From assembly GCA_964252035.1 (NCBI GenBank), contig OZ176205.1: a stretch of 64,000 bases of DNA; one strand, given 5' to 3'. The notes beneath the pieces are model-generated. The model made no database searches, had not been told where the DNA came from, and worked only from the letters and a program-made list of their open reading frames with translations. Below are positions 50,505-61,882 of this stretch, one piece after another. Within the stretch, counting starts at the first letter, position 1; every line of letters begins with the position of its first letter. The position numbers and the translations under genes were made by a program. Source of the stretch: Podarcis erhardii (taxonomy: Eukaryota).

Positions 50505-50551
50505 GGGGCCATAGTTTAGTGATAGAGCACAGGTTTGGCATATGAAAAGTT
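50505..50551 (+). mobile_element. Truncated head of the tRNA-derived SINE family seen at 1552 and 43768
   Basis: ggggccatagtttagtgatagagcacaggtttggcatatgaaaagttcc. Confidence 0.5.
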
Positions 50552-50712
50552 CCACAAATTGGTAATCTGCATACCTTCTGCAGTGCTACAATATGATCCA
50601 GTCTTCTGGTTGTGGTAAAAATATTGGCAGCACCATTTTGAACTAGTTGAAACTTCTGGAGTGTCCCACCCAAAGCACATGTATAGGGTTGCACTGTAGA
50701 TTTACCTGTTAC
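50552..50712 (-). mobile_element. L2 LINE ORF2 C-terminal fragment
   Basis: ORF 50386-50694 reads LQKFQLVQNGAANIFTTTRRLDHIVALQKVCRLP, matching L2 LQKLQLVQNAAARLLT...DHITPVL..LHWLP. Confidence 0.8.
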
Positions 50713-53700
50713 TTGTTAGAAAGTAGGGTAGGATATGTCTAACAAAATAGTATGTCTCTGTTTTATCACATCAAGTAGACCCCAGTTTGTGAATGGTCCT
50801 ATGCATCTATGCAATAAGTAAGAGTAAGGTGATTTCTTAAAATAGACAAAACCTGGAACACCTGAATTCATTCAAGATGTCCTCCACCTTCTTGTTTTTA
50901 GTTATGCAGGTGTTCTTAGCAATTTCAGTGAATGAGGGTGGGCAGAATAAATGTTCTGTAGATAGAATTATTTCTATAAATAGAAGGAATTTTCTGAGTA
51001 TTCCAGAATGGATAAGTGGGTATTTAGAAATCTTATACAGAGAATCCTAAACCTGCTGATAGCATGATGTAGTCAGGCATAACTATACTTTTAAAAAGAT
51101 ATTTGGTTTGCTTCCTGATACCATTAACACACTGTAGTGTGAAGTTGACTTATAATATAATGTACATCTGATTTGGGAGATAATCTAAATAGTGAATTAG
51201 TTTATGTTCCAGCTGTGAGTGTGTACAATTCTGAGCCTGCTTTTATCTAGAAAATTAAAATCAGGTTTTTTGAAGCATAGCCCCACAGATTGTTCAGCAT
51301 TTAGTGGAAGGAACATTGTCTAAACTTGATTTACTGCATATTTCAGGCAAACAGACCTTTGAAAAAGCATTGACCTCATGCTAGCTTCTCAGAAAGCTTT
51401 GTTAAGTATTCCCTCTTAATCCCAGTTTGCAGGTGACCTTAGTTTGAGATGTGCTATTCTTTAACAAGGGTTCATTTGTCAGTTCTTTTGGATTTCTCAA
51501 AGTCCTTTATATAAGACAACGTAAGAGGCTGATTTAATTATTCTTATACACTTAACTAACAATCCTCCCTGTCTCAGTTCAGCAGCTGTAGAATGTACTC
51601 CCCTTCCTTAAGTGAACTGGTTAGAGAGTTGAGAAGGTTACTTGAGGTATTGAAACAGGGCATGTAGGTAAAAGTAGATGATCTTATGCAGTGTTAATCT
51701 GGATTATGTTGGAGAAATTAGTTTTGATTTTGATTTTCGCAGATAAAGCCATTTCTTTTTAAACAATTATGTCTCAGCACACTTGTCTCTATTTTACATT
51801 ATATAATGTTTTTTATTCAGCAAATTTAAAAACTTGAATGCTCCAATGAATTAGTTCTGTTGCTTAGTAATGAATAGCATGATGTAAAAGACTTTTGTGT
51901 TATTGTGGTCTGTATTTAGAGTACTCCTAAAATATAGTAGTGAAATTGAAATAGGGAAATCAGTATTTGGTTTCTTGAAAAGATCTCTCTGTGTTTTTAA
52001 ACACATTCAAAGTGTAAGTTTCTAGCCCTCATAGTAGATGAATCTGAAATGTTCAACCACCCTCCTCCAAAATCTGTGGAACTATGAAGAGCCTCTTATC
52101 AAATTCCAGACCCTTCTTGTTTCTTCTAACCCACTTATTATCCTCAGAACCAGCTCTATAGATTCGAAAGATAACATTCACAGCATTAATTTTGGAAGGT
52201 AAACAATGTATGTAGGTTGGGATAACTTTGAAAACAGAACAGAACAGAGCCTTTATGTATAATTACTTTAGAGAAGTAGGAAGGTTTTTGATACAGCAAG
52301 ACCATGGTCCCTCCTGTATGTTCCTTGGTGGGATTTCTCTGGCGCATTGATTATGACTGAGGACTTGTTAGTATCTGCACCTGAGGGAAGTAAAAGCATT
52401 GAATGCAGTTTACTCTAACTGCAGGAGGGATTTTTGCTTTGTTGACCAAGTGGGTCACTGTCATTGGAACTACCAAAGGAGAATAACCAGAAACGATGGT
52501 GCCCTCCTCGAAAGAATTCTACAACTGATGATTTGATAGACTGGCTCTGCCACATGAACCATCTATTCTAGGACAGCTGATCTTTTGTTCTGTAGAGCAC
52601 AGTGCACTTCCCAGTGGGGATTCAGAGCAGCATCAGCATCGCTGGATCCTCAGGGAGAATGCCCTTGCTTTCTCTGAATGACCACCAGAACAAGAAGACC
52701 GAGTGATACTTTCAAATTCACTCTTAATTAATGAGCACATGCACATTTAAGGCAATGATAGCAAAATGTTGACCTACAGCTAACCCAGCAGAAAAAGGCT
52801 ATTTAAAGCTATTTGTTTCTAAAGACTGCCTTTAATTGATAATGAGAAACAATTTGATTCATTTGCTGCATGTTTTCCTTTCCATTCTTTTTTTATTGAA
52901 GGAACATTCTATAATGCAATTCTCATGCTACACACTGAATTTATTAAATAGACTATATGAATGTTCTAGTGCTATTTAATATTCTCATACAGCCATGGAA
53001 TTTAGATCTAATAGGTCATTGTGTCCTGCTATTACATGATTGCTCCCTACAGCATATTTACTCTGTGTATTGACTGTCCGGCTTAGTTTTTAACCACTTC
53101 CCTTGGGAGATTCTTCTGCAGCCCAGTCTATCTTATTGCAAGGACAGTTTTCTAAATCTCCACAATAATTTTTCCTTTCTTAATTTAATCACTTAGTTCT
53201 TAGTTTTATCATCCCGTATTACTCTTCTCGATGTTTATACTATTAAATATTTAGAGTCTTCTCTGATGTTATTGTATAATCAAGCTGTAAACGTTTAGCT
53301 CTTTGAAGTGTTCATCATTTAATCCATTTCTCTAGTCCCCTAATTAGTTTGGTGGCTGTTCTTTGATACTTTGCGTACTGGGCTACAACACTGAGCATCA
53401 GCTGAAGGCTTAGGAATTTTCAGTATTGTGTAGGTTGATTGTTAAATAGATCAGTGGAAAGAAAAGACCACATGTCAGTGGAGTAGACAGGTGTATCTTA
53501 AACACCTGGTGGTGCTCCTTGTGGTTTTGTTTTGATGTACTTGTGTACACAATCTGCATGCCTATGTCTCCAGAAATCCATACTGCTCCACCACCCTTTT
53601 CTAGAAAATGGGCATTTCTCCTGGTTTCAAGTGAATATAGGACCATTCCCTTCTGCTTGAGGCGAGGAAAGCAGGAGAGGAGTACATGAAGGAGTACAGG

Positions 53701-54309
53701 AGGCCCTCTGTTAGTCACTCTGCATATACAATTGTATGTGGAGTGACAACAATATCCTATGGGTTTTAAGAAAAATATTTTAGAAAATCAACTAGATTAA
53801 ATGTTGGTTTTTCTGGTCTGTTGTAGTTCTTGTGCAGAAATTGCATTGACCTTTGACACCATATTGAATCATAAGAATGTATCATTTCCCCCTAGTTTGT
53901 AATCTGTTTTGGCCTTGTTACTTTCTAATTTTTCACCTTATTCTTGATTTGCTTTTCCATTGTTCCAGCTCCTTGTTTAAAAGTAATTTGCTTTTTGGAT
54001 ACCTTTTCACATTTCTCACATTATTATTCCCTGTATCCCTTGGCTTATACAATATACCAGTTTAAATTCATGATAAAGTTTTTTCTACCATGAAATGAAT
54101 GAGAATGCTGAAGAAGAAAGATATGACTTACATTTTTACATCATTTCCCTCTTCCCACCTTGAATCCACATTAGCCATACCTACCCAACTCATGAAATTT
54201 CTATTTGGTATTACCTAGATAAAGTTCTATTAAATAGAATGGATTGGATCCTACAAAGTTCTTAGCTCACATTCCTCTTAACATAGTATGGTATGCATGA
54301 CGATGTTGA

Positions 54310-54579
54310 GATGTTGTTCCTGAGGGCTGGACTAGAACTAATAGCTGGAAGTGGCAAGGAAGCAAATTTTGGCTAAGCATCAGGAGAAACTTCCTAATGG
54401 TGAGAACTGTTTTAGAGTGAAACAGATCAATTTAGGAGGTAGGTGCTGAGCTTTCTTTCTCTGGCGGTATTTAAGCAGAATATGGATAGTCACCTGTCAA
54501 GGATACTGTATATTCATGCATTGGCCAGAAGGTTTAATTAGGCGGCCTCCAAAATCCCTTCCGCCTTGAAAATTCTATG
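54310..54579 (+). mobile_element. CR1 LINE 3' fragment
   Basis: TRTNSWKWQGSKFWLSIRRNFLMVRTV matches CR1 RTRxNGxKL..RF.L.IRKNFLTVR; ends cccttcc...aaattctatg. Confidence 0.8.
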
Positions 54580-55525
54580 CCACATAACAGATGCCCACAA
54601 AAGTAAACATATTATTGAAACTATATCAAAATAAAATGTACCTGGCTCAGAAAAGCAAAATTTACCATTCAGTTCAGAGGAAGGCACCCACTCATTTGAT
54701 ATTTGAAATCAAAGCATGATGCCTATATTTTTTGATTCCATAATCTTCAAAGTGCTTTAAATGACTGAGGCTGAAAGTTTGCATAGGATTGCACCCTTAA
54801 GCTTGCATTGGCAGAGCTCTCCATGGCCAAGAACCATAATGTTATTGCACTGTTCGTTTCAGTGAATGGATATGAAGCAGTCCCTTAGGTTATGCCACCT
54901 ATTTTCTAATGAAAGTAAGCAAGATTTCAAGGTTCATAGAAGTGTCAGTGAAGCATATAAATGATTGATCTAGCACCCCACCGGCTATGCATTCTAGCCC
55001 ACCATGTCTCCCATACATCTGTCTGTTTTTATCTGCCTTACTAGAACTGCAAAAACTGGGTTTTCAAGCACCTGGCAGGCCAAAGTACCTGGCTGGAAAT
55101 TTATGCTGGTGTGGTTCTTAGTTAAAACTTAGTATTTAAGATGTCACAAGAAGATCCCTAGTTGTTTTTGTTGCAGCAGATCAACATGGCTACTATTCTT
55201 TGAAATAGTTTGAGAAGCAGAAACATGTGACTGTTTTCTTGCCCTTTCTCTTGCCATGCCACCTTGGTGCCATGTCATCTCTGTGTTGTTTCCTCGCCCA
55301 TAAAGGAGCGTGGCACTGAGGTCCCACCCCCCCACCCTCCAAAGGGCTTTTTCCAAGGTTTTGTTCATTATTGTTTGTAAAGTGCTTTGGGGAACATGGC
55401 TGAGAGACATGCAAGGCATCATTATGGTTAATAATCCATTATTTAAAATATTTGGGACCATTGAGAAAAATAATGACATGTATGTAGTGGAGTGGTTAAT
55501 GCGATTGCATCTCTTACAGGTTTCA

Positions 55526-55785
55526 NNNNNNNNNNNNNNNNNNNNNNNNNNNNNNNNNNNNNNNNNNNNNNNNNNNNNNNNNNNNNNNNNNNNNNNNNNN
55601 NNNNNNNNNNNNNNNNNNNNNNNNNNNNNNNNNNNNNNNNNNNNNNNNNNNNNNNNNNNNNNNNNNNNNNNNNNNNNNNNNNNNNNNNNNNNNNNNNNNN
55701 NNNNNNNNNNNNNNNNNNNNNNNNNNNNNNNNNNNNNNNNNNNNNNNNNNNNNNNNNNNNNNNNNNNNNNNNNNNNNNNNNNNNN
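55526..55785. other. Assembly gap (260 N)
   Basis: Run of N. Confidence 1.
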
Positions 55786-56243
55786 AAATAACATAGCTAA
55801 GCCTTTTCCTAGTAAAATGATGGATTCTGTGGCATTAAAGCGAATATTTATATTTCTGGCATTTTGATTACTTCTGTCTATATTTACACTAATGCACAAT
55901 GAAGAAAAACACAATTGGATAGAATATTGATGTTGTTAGTTTTATTTGATTATTGTTTGAGCATTTTAAAGTACTCTTTAGGTGCACATGTTGTAGGATT
56001 TTATGCAGTCACATATTTTGTATCCATTTGCTGCATATGCTGTTTCAGTGATTTAAAAATAAAATAAAAGTCCCAATCTAGAGAGTCCCTGTGGGCTCAG
56101 GAGCCCAAATGCATATGGGGCATTCCTGCACATTCAAAGGTTGTCCTATGCAAAGCAATACTTGGGACATTTATATGTGTACATGACCATTTCGTACCGC
56201 ATCTCAGTCAATGGGGGAGTCCTTGCTATTATGAAACTCTACA

Positions 56244-56371
56244 TAGGCATGGGAACCATGGCCCTCCAGATAGCATTGGACCACCCCTTCCATCAGACTT
56301 GACCATGAAAGCTGAGGCTGATGGGAGCTGGACTCCAACCACATCTGGAGGACATCAGCTCCTCATCCCAG
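56244..56371. mobile_element. Decayed hAT-type palindromic MITE
   Basis: ggccctccagat...ccatca / tgatgggag...atctggagg arms; related to the intact element at 59046-59181. Confidence 0.65.
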
Positions 56372-57137
56372 CTATATATATCCGCTGAGAAATCTCTCAA
56401 ACTCTGGATTTATAGACTAGGACCATTCAGTCTACCAATTATTGCTTCTGAGCAACTTTCCATCTTTTAAAAAATCCATACATATTTATTTATTTAGAAG
56501 ATTTTGATTGAATGATTCTCAAGGTGACTTAGAACAGATTGCAACAGTACAAAAACAAACAAAACACACACCACACAATGACAGCTCTCTTTAGTCCTCT
56601 GGCTGATGAATGCGGCCATAGAGTGTTTTCTCTCTAGGTCTGTACTTTAGAGTGTACTTCTTGGCGGGGAAGGAGAAAGCCTGCTTCTTCCAATTGCTCT
56701 GGGACTAGAGAGTCTTCTCCTCGCTGTGATATTCTTTCTGAGAGGCAGGGGATGTAACATCCTGCTATCCTTAGTTTTCTGCCCCAAAGCAGCTGGGCAA
56801 CTTCAACCTCGCTACCAACTTGCCCCACCAGGTAAGAAGCAGTAACATCTGCTGGGAGACCAGCTTTGCTGCACAAGCCACTCCTTTTCCTTCTGCAGTC
56901 TCCGTTCTGCTGATCAACCTCTTGTTCTTTCTTCCAATCCACATGTACTTGGTGCATTGTATGTAGAATTGGAAAATTCCTACATGCATTCTTGCTTTAG
57001 ATCGTGGTCATTTGATTCTGGTACTTATGAATTTAAAATATTTTTTTAAGGTCTGATCACAACCATTTCCATTTAAGATTTGAGAAATACCTTGGCAGTC
57101 AGATCTGACTTCTCCACCAGTGCATTTTATAAAGTTT

Positions 57138-57278
57138 TATAGGTGTAGCCAAGGTGGGGGCGGGGGCAACTGCCCCCCCCCAATCAAGTCAAAATAACAA
57201 AACTTAACTAACTGAAGTTCTGCCCCCCCCCAACATAAAGCCTGCCCCTCCCTAACATAAATCCTGGCTACACCCATG
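57138..57278. mobile_element. MITE with catgggcgtagccag-type TIRs (superfamily uncertain)
   Basis: Left tataggtgtagccaagg and right cctggctacacccatg are imperfect reverse complements; internal ctgccccccc repeats. Confidence 0.7.
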
Positions 57279-59045
57279 TACAGTTTTGATCATTTCAGTA
57301 TACTTATTCAAAAGGAGGACAGTTTATAGTGTGCTTTTAAACTATATGGTTATTTGTTAAGTAAATGCTGCAATTCAGAGGCTGCAGTTTTGAACATGCT
57401 GGCTAGAGACTATGGGGCTTATTTCTGAGTAGATGAGGACAGGATTGCACTGCACATGATACTACTGATAAAAAGAGAGGACCCAGATTCTTCTTGTATT
57501 AAATAAGTTATGATTTAAAATTGGGATGTGTATGTAATTTGATTAATAGATAATCTGCACGAGAGGATTAAACTTCTTCTCTCTCTGTGGTGTTTGAAAT
57601 TGTAAGAGGTGAGCATCTTTTTGATCTTGTAGGCCACCTATTAAATAGAGCTATTTCATTTTAAGCTGTCCCTCTGTACACATAACTTAGGTTACCTTTC
57701 CCAGTGTGTATTCCTGGTCTGTTTAAAATAGATTAGGGTTTTACATATATTTTGTTTTGATGTCTGGTACTGAGTATACAAGAGCTAATCATCTTGACCT
57801 TTCTGACAAACAGAGCAACAGAAGGATGCATCTCTCAGAGTTAATTCTGTCTTGTTCTCAGTGGGAACAGAACATTCTTCTGTGATCCTCTTTCACATGA
57901 TTCACTCAGGCCTCCTGGAAGCCACTCTTGATACTATTAGTGCTGGGATACTTAGGTCTAAAGTAGATCGACAGTAGTGACATCACAGACCATTTGTGGT
58001 TTAGAGACAGATTGGACCAGGCAAGTGGAGTTGTTAAGACTCATATTAAGGAAACAGTAGAAAATGAGATTAAATAGCAGAGTATTTTTTTGCATTTTTT
58101 ACAGTTTTCATTTTCATCTACTTAAGCCCAGATTTAAGAAAGAAACAAGGGATTTCAATGAACTTAACAACCTGATTTAAATAACCTGATGATGAAATCC
58201 TTTATTAGGCTATATTTGGTACCAGTTAAGAGATGACAACACATAAAACGGCAACCAGTGTTTCAGCATATATAATTTTATTTAAACAATTCCATCAGCA
58301 ATCTGAGAAGCTATATTTATTTCCAAGAATTTTTTTTTGATATAGCAAAACTGGATGAAAGTTAAATTGCCTTAAATTACTTGAATCTCTTTCAGTCAGA
58401 AAACAAACAAACTTGGAAGTGTATACTATACTCTGTTTCTTTCTGATGCAACACAGTAAATGTTGCTGTATTTTCAAACTGACAGTAAATAAATACCAAG
58501 AAATTGTTGCAAATCTGTCTATAGGATGTCACCAAGTTTTGCAGGAGTGATTCTTCAGTTTACACTCGTGTTTAACACTCGTGTCTTGCTCTACCTCTGG
58601 ATTCCAAAAGTACAGTACAACAGTTTTTATTTGCTTGCCTTCTGTTTAGTTTCACAATTATTTATCAATGATGAAGCAGGTCCAGTCGTTCCTGATTGGC
58701 TTAAGGTCCAGTGGGTTATTAAGAGTTCTCTTCTTGCCCTTTGGTTCATCCTAGAGTACCTTTCCTCATCAACACTAGAGCAGTCATTATCTTGTCATTG
58801 CAATGAAGCAGGGTTTTTTTTTTAAAAAAAAAATGGCTTTATGTACACATTGACCTGAAAGTGACCCTAGCTGGTGAGAAAGGGAGTGTAGTTATGGGGG
58901 ACGGCAAAAGACAGAGGAGTATCACTCCTGCTGATATCAGCTCGGAATCAATCACTTCTGAGATAATTTCTGTTATAACTCTGATAATTTCCCACTTGTC
59001 TTCTTGACCGAGGTAAGTTTTTAACAAACAACGCTGCCTCTAGAA

Positions 59046-59181
59046 CAGTGTTTCCCAACCTTGGGCCTCCAGATGTTTTTGGCCTACAACTCCCATCATC
59101 CCTAGCTAGCAAGACCAGTGGTCAGGGATGATGGGAATTGTAGTTCAAAAACAGCTGGAGGCCCAAGGTTGGGAAACACTG
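59046..59181. mobile_element. hAT (Charlie-like) palindromic MITE
   Basis: Perfect 27-bp TIRs cagtgtttcccaaccttgggcctccag; 8-bp flanks ctctagaa and ctctaggc, with the TCTAG core typical of Charlie-type targets. Confidence 0.92.
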
Positions 59182-59506
59182 CTCTAGGCTAGCACCCTGT
59201 CCTTCCCACAGCTTCCTCCCTGACTTTCCCACTGTTTATGATGACTACCACACCTGTATCTCTTGCCGCTGTTGTGCCCACCTTGCATTTTCTTTGGGTG
59301 CTACTGCCGTTTCAGATGATCTCTTTAGCCAGAGAATTGCTACAGAAGTGTTTATTTAATTATTTATTTAACATATTTATAGAGTGCCTTGCAGCCATAA
59401 TGGCTCCCAAGGCAGTGTGCTGTTAAAAAAAACACCCAACAATTCGCCATCTAAAAATAAATCCAGGGAGCAAAAAAGAAAAAGTCAGAACAACCAATAT
59501 GCAATA

Positions 59507-59757
59507 CAGTGGTACCTTGGGTTACATACGCTTCAGGTTACATACGCTTCAGGATAACCCAGGATAACACTCCGCTAACCCAGAAATAGTGCTTCAGGTT
59601 AAGAACGTTGCTTCAGGATAAGAACAGAAATTGGGCTTTGGCGGCGTGGCGGCAGCAGGAGGCCCCATTAGCTAAAGTGGTGCTTCAGGTTAAGAACAGT
59701 TTCAGGTTAAGAACAGACCTCCAGAACAAATTAAGTACTTAACCCGAGGTACCACTG
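59507..59757 (+). mobile_element. Tc1/mariner (Tigger-like) MITE, copy 6, with internal slippage duplications
   Basis: TA|cagtggtaccttggg...cgaggtaccactg|TA; ggttacatacgcttca twice and caggataac twice. Confidence 0.95.
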
Positions 59758-59837
59758 TACCAGAATAAGCAAAGCAGCAGCACCAATGAATTGCTTCATC
59801 TAAGCGCTGAAGGCGTGGTGGGAAAGCTTTCCTTATA

Positions 59838-60065
59838 CAGCAGTACCTCGGGTTACAGACACTTCAGGTTACAGATGCTTCAGGTTACAGACTCCGCTAA
59901 CCCAGAAATAGCACCTCGGGTTAAGAACTTTGCTTCAGGATGAGAACAGAAATTGCGCGGCAGCGGGAGGCCCCATTAGCTAAAGTGGTACCTCAGGTTA
60001 AGAACAGTTTCAGATTAAGAACGGACCTCCAGAACAAATTAAGTTCTTAACCCGAGGTACCACTG
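59838..60065 (+). mobile_element. Tc1/mariner (Tigger-like) MITE, copy 7
   Basis: TA|cagcagtacctcggg...cgaggtaccactg|TA. Confidence 0.95.
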
Positions 60066-61029
60066 TACTCTGAAAAGAGAGAAGTGTTCTTGTCAAGCAT
60101 CCAAACAGGAAGAGTTCCACAGAACAGGGCCACCACATAAAATGAACTGTTCCTTATTGAGGATAGCTGGGCATCTACAATTAATAGAACTTGGAGCGTG
60201 GCTTCATTTACAGGCCTTGCTACAGTAGTGTTTGCACAGCCTCACTTCAGGCATTAAAGAGATATCGGCCATTTAAATTCTGTAGCAGAAGAGAAAGCAA
60301 GGGAACATAGCTACAGACTAAAAACCCTTGGAAAGTGGGGGAGCAAAAGGACAGAGAAGGAAAATACATTCTGGGGCACTGGGCAGTGGAGGGGAGGAGG
60401 AGTAAATAAGCAGGGGACGTGCCTGTGCCCCATTAAAAGTTATTTGCATCATTGACTTAGAATAATACTGATAGCGAAGAGAGATTGAAAAAGCGGGTGG
60501 GGGAAAGCATTGCATTATTTAATGAAGGATTATGTTGCCTGTGAGTAGAGGAGATATTAAAATACAGTAGAAAACCCCCTGACTGAGTCTTGGTTATCTG
60601 AAATACGTAGCTACACAAACAAGTGTATATATTTCTTGAAGCTTCTGGAAAGTGTGACTGTATGTAGAAAGTGCTTATGCTGAGCTAGGTATCTGATTAT
60701 CTGAATACTTTACATGTTCAGATGTGGGAGGCTGAACAATTCTTCTGAGACTTGAGGCATGCCTACTTTCTTTTCCTGGTTGTTTTGCAATTGGAGGAGG
60801 CAGGATTTGTTTACACACTGGACACAATCTGGAGAAAGTTAAACTTGCCTCAAGTTTAGTCTTGAGAATAGGATCTTGCCTTCAGGCAAGGAAATTGCAT
60901 TTTCTCTCTCTTTTAGATCACAAATAGTAGACCATGTTGGCATGTGTGCATAGATGGGTCAAACATATTATGGTCTTATTTGCAAGGCTCCTCAAGTTCC
61001 ATGTCAATTCAGTGTGATGGGATTTATTA

Positions 61030-61300
61030 TTTTTTAGCATTTTTATTCCACTCTTTGGCTCAGAAAGTTTCCCAGAGTGGCTTATATAAGATCGATAACC
61101 AACATGGCAATCGCTGCCTGCAGGCTTAAAGTCTAAAAGACACTATACACATGGAGAAGGGGATTGGGAGGTATGAGGCAGAGGCAAACAAACTCAGATG
61201 CAGGTTCTTAAAGTTATAAAGTTGTTATAAGGATCAGCTTGAATGGAAGCATCTGAGGGAGAAGAGTTGGGGCTGTATGAAACTGGACTTGTGAGCCAAA
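61030..61300 (-). mobile_element. L2-like 3' end remnant
   Basis: tttattattttttagcatttttattcc...cccagagtggcttata...gctgcctgcaggcttaaagtcta, a reversed L2/MIR-type tail. Confidence 0.5.
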
Positions 61301-61360
61301 CCAATGGAGTGGTCCTGCTTCCTATCTTTCCCTCTGTTCCCACCAGGTATTTTTAATGTA

Positions 61361-61380
61361 AAGGTAAAGGTAAAGGGACC
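61361..61380 (-). mobile_element. 20-bp Sauria SINE/Bov-B tail insertion with 7-bp TSD
   Basis: taatgta|aaggtaaaggtaaagggacc|taatgta; the insert matches the terminal aaggtaaagg(t/g)accc of the Sauria SINE at 40763. Confidence 0.75.
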
Positions 61381-61659
61381 TAATGTAGCTTACCTAAAAT
61401 ACTCAGCCAGTAGACTTAAGTCACATGAGGTTGGATCCATTTTCAACTTATTGCAAGATCCTTGTGCAAGAATAGAGAATTGAAATCTAATACTTTTCTT
61501 CATTAGTGCAAGATGTTGCACGAGCACTTGCTCAAGGCTTCAACATACGTGGCTGTGCTAAGTATTTGTTGTAGGAAATCACATGCAATAGTTTGAGGAA
61601 CAGGTTCACATAATTTATTCTGCTCTCTAGACCAACCCATAGATTGCAGTGGGACTTGC

Positions 61660-61882
61660 TTATTTATTTAATGTACAGCCCACCTCTCCTCCTATTAGCT
61701 CAAGGTGGCATATATGAACATATTCTTTATTTTATCCTCACAGCAATCATGTGGTGACGTTTATACTGAGAATTGGTGACTGGCCTAAAGTCACACAGTG
61801 ATCTGTGCTGCTGAGTGGCGGCTTCAGCCTGGTCTTCTGGTCCTCATCTGACATTCAGTCTCACCACTGCACCACAGTGGCT
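61660..61882 (-). mobile_element. CORE-type (MIR/Ther1-related) SINE, older copy
   Basis: tttatcctcacagcaatc...gtgactggcctaaagtcacacag...accactgcaccacagtggct. Confidence 0.7.

Larger units (their letters stand above)
59348..60230 (-). mobile_element. Old L2 3' fragment interrupted by two MITEs
   Basis: Reversed tail tttatttaattatttatt...tgcctt...ggctcccaaggcag (59350-59420) and gagttccacagaacagggccaccacataaaa (60115-60145), the reverse of the L2 AFSxxAPxLWN region. Confidence 0.55.

Noticed and set aside
55144-55914. Longest ORFs (256, 185 and 99 aa)
   Set aside because: They are long only because they run through the N gap.
59013-59018. Strong donor gag|gtaagt
   Set aside because: No convincing upstream acceptor giving an open exon; all frames are interrupted within about 60 bp.
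7511-60065. Recurring ~10-bp ggttaagaac repeats as a CRISPR-like array
   Set aside because: They are subterminal repeats inside eukaryotic MITEs, with no constant repeat-spacer periodicity and no cas genes.
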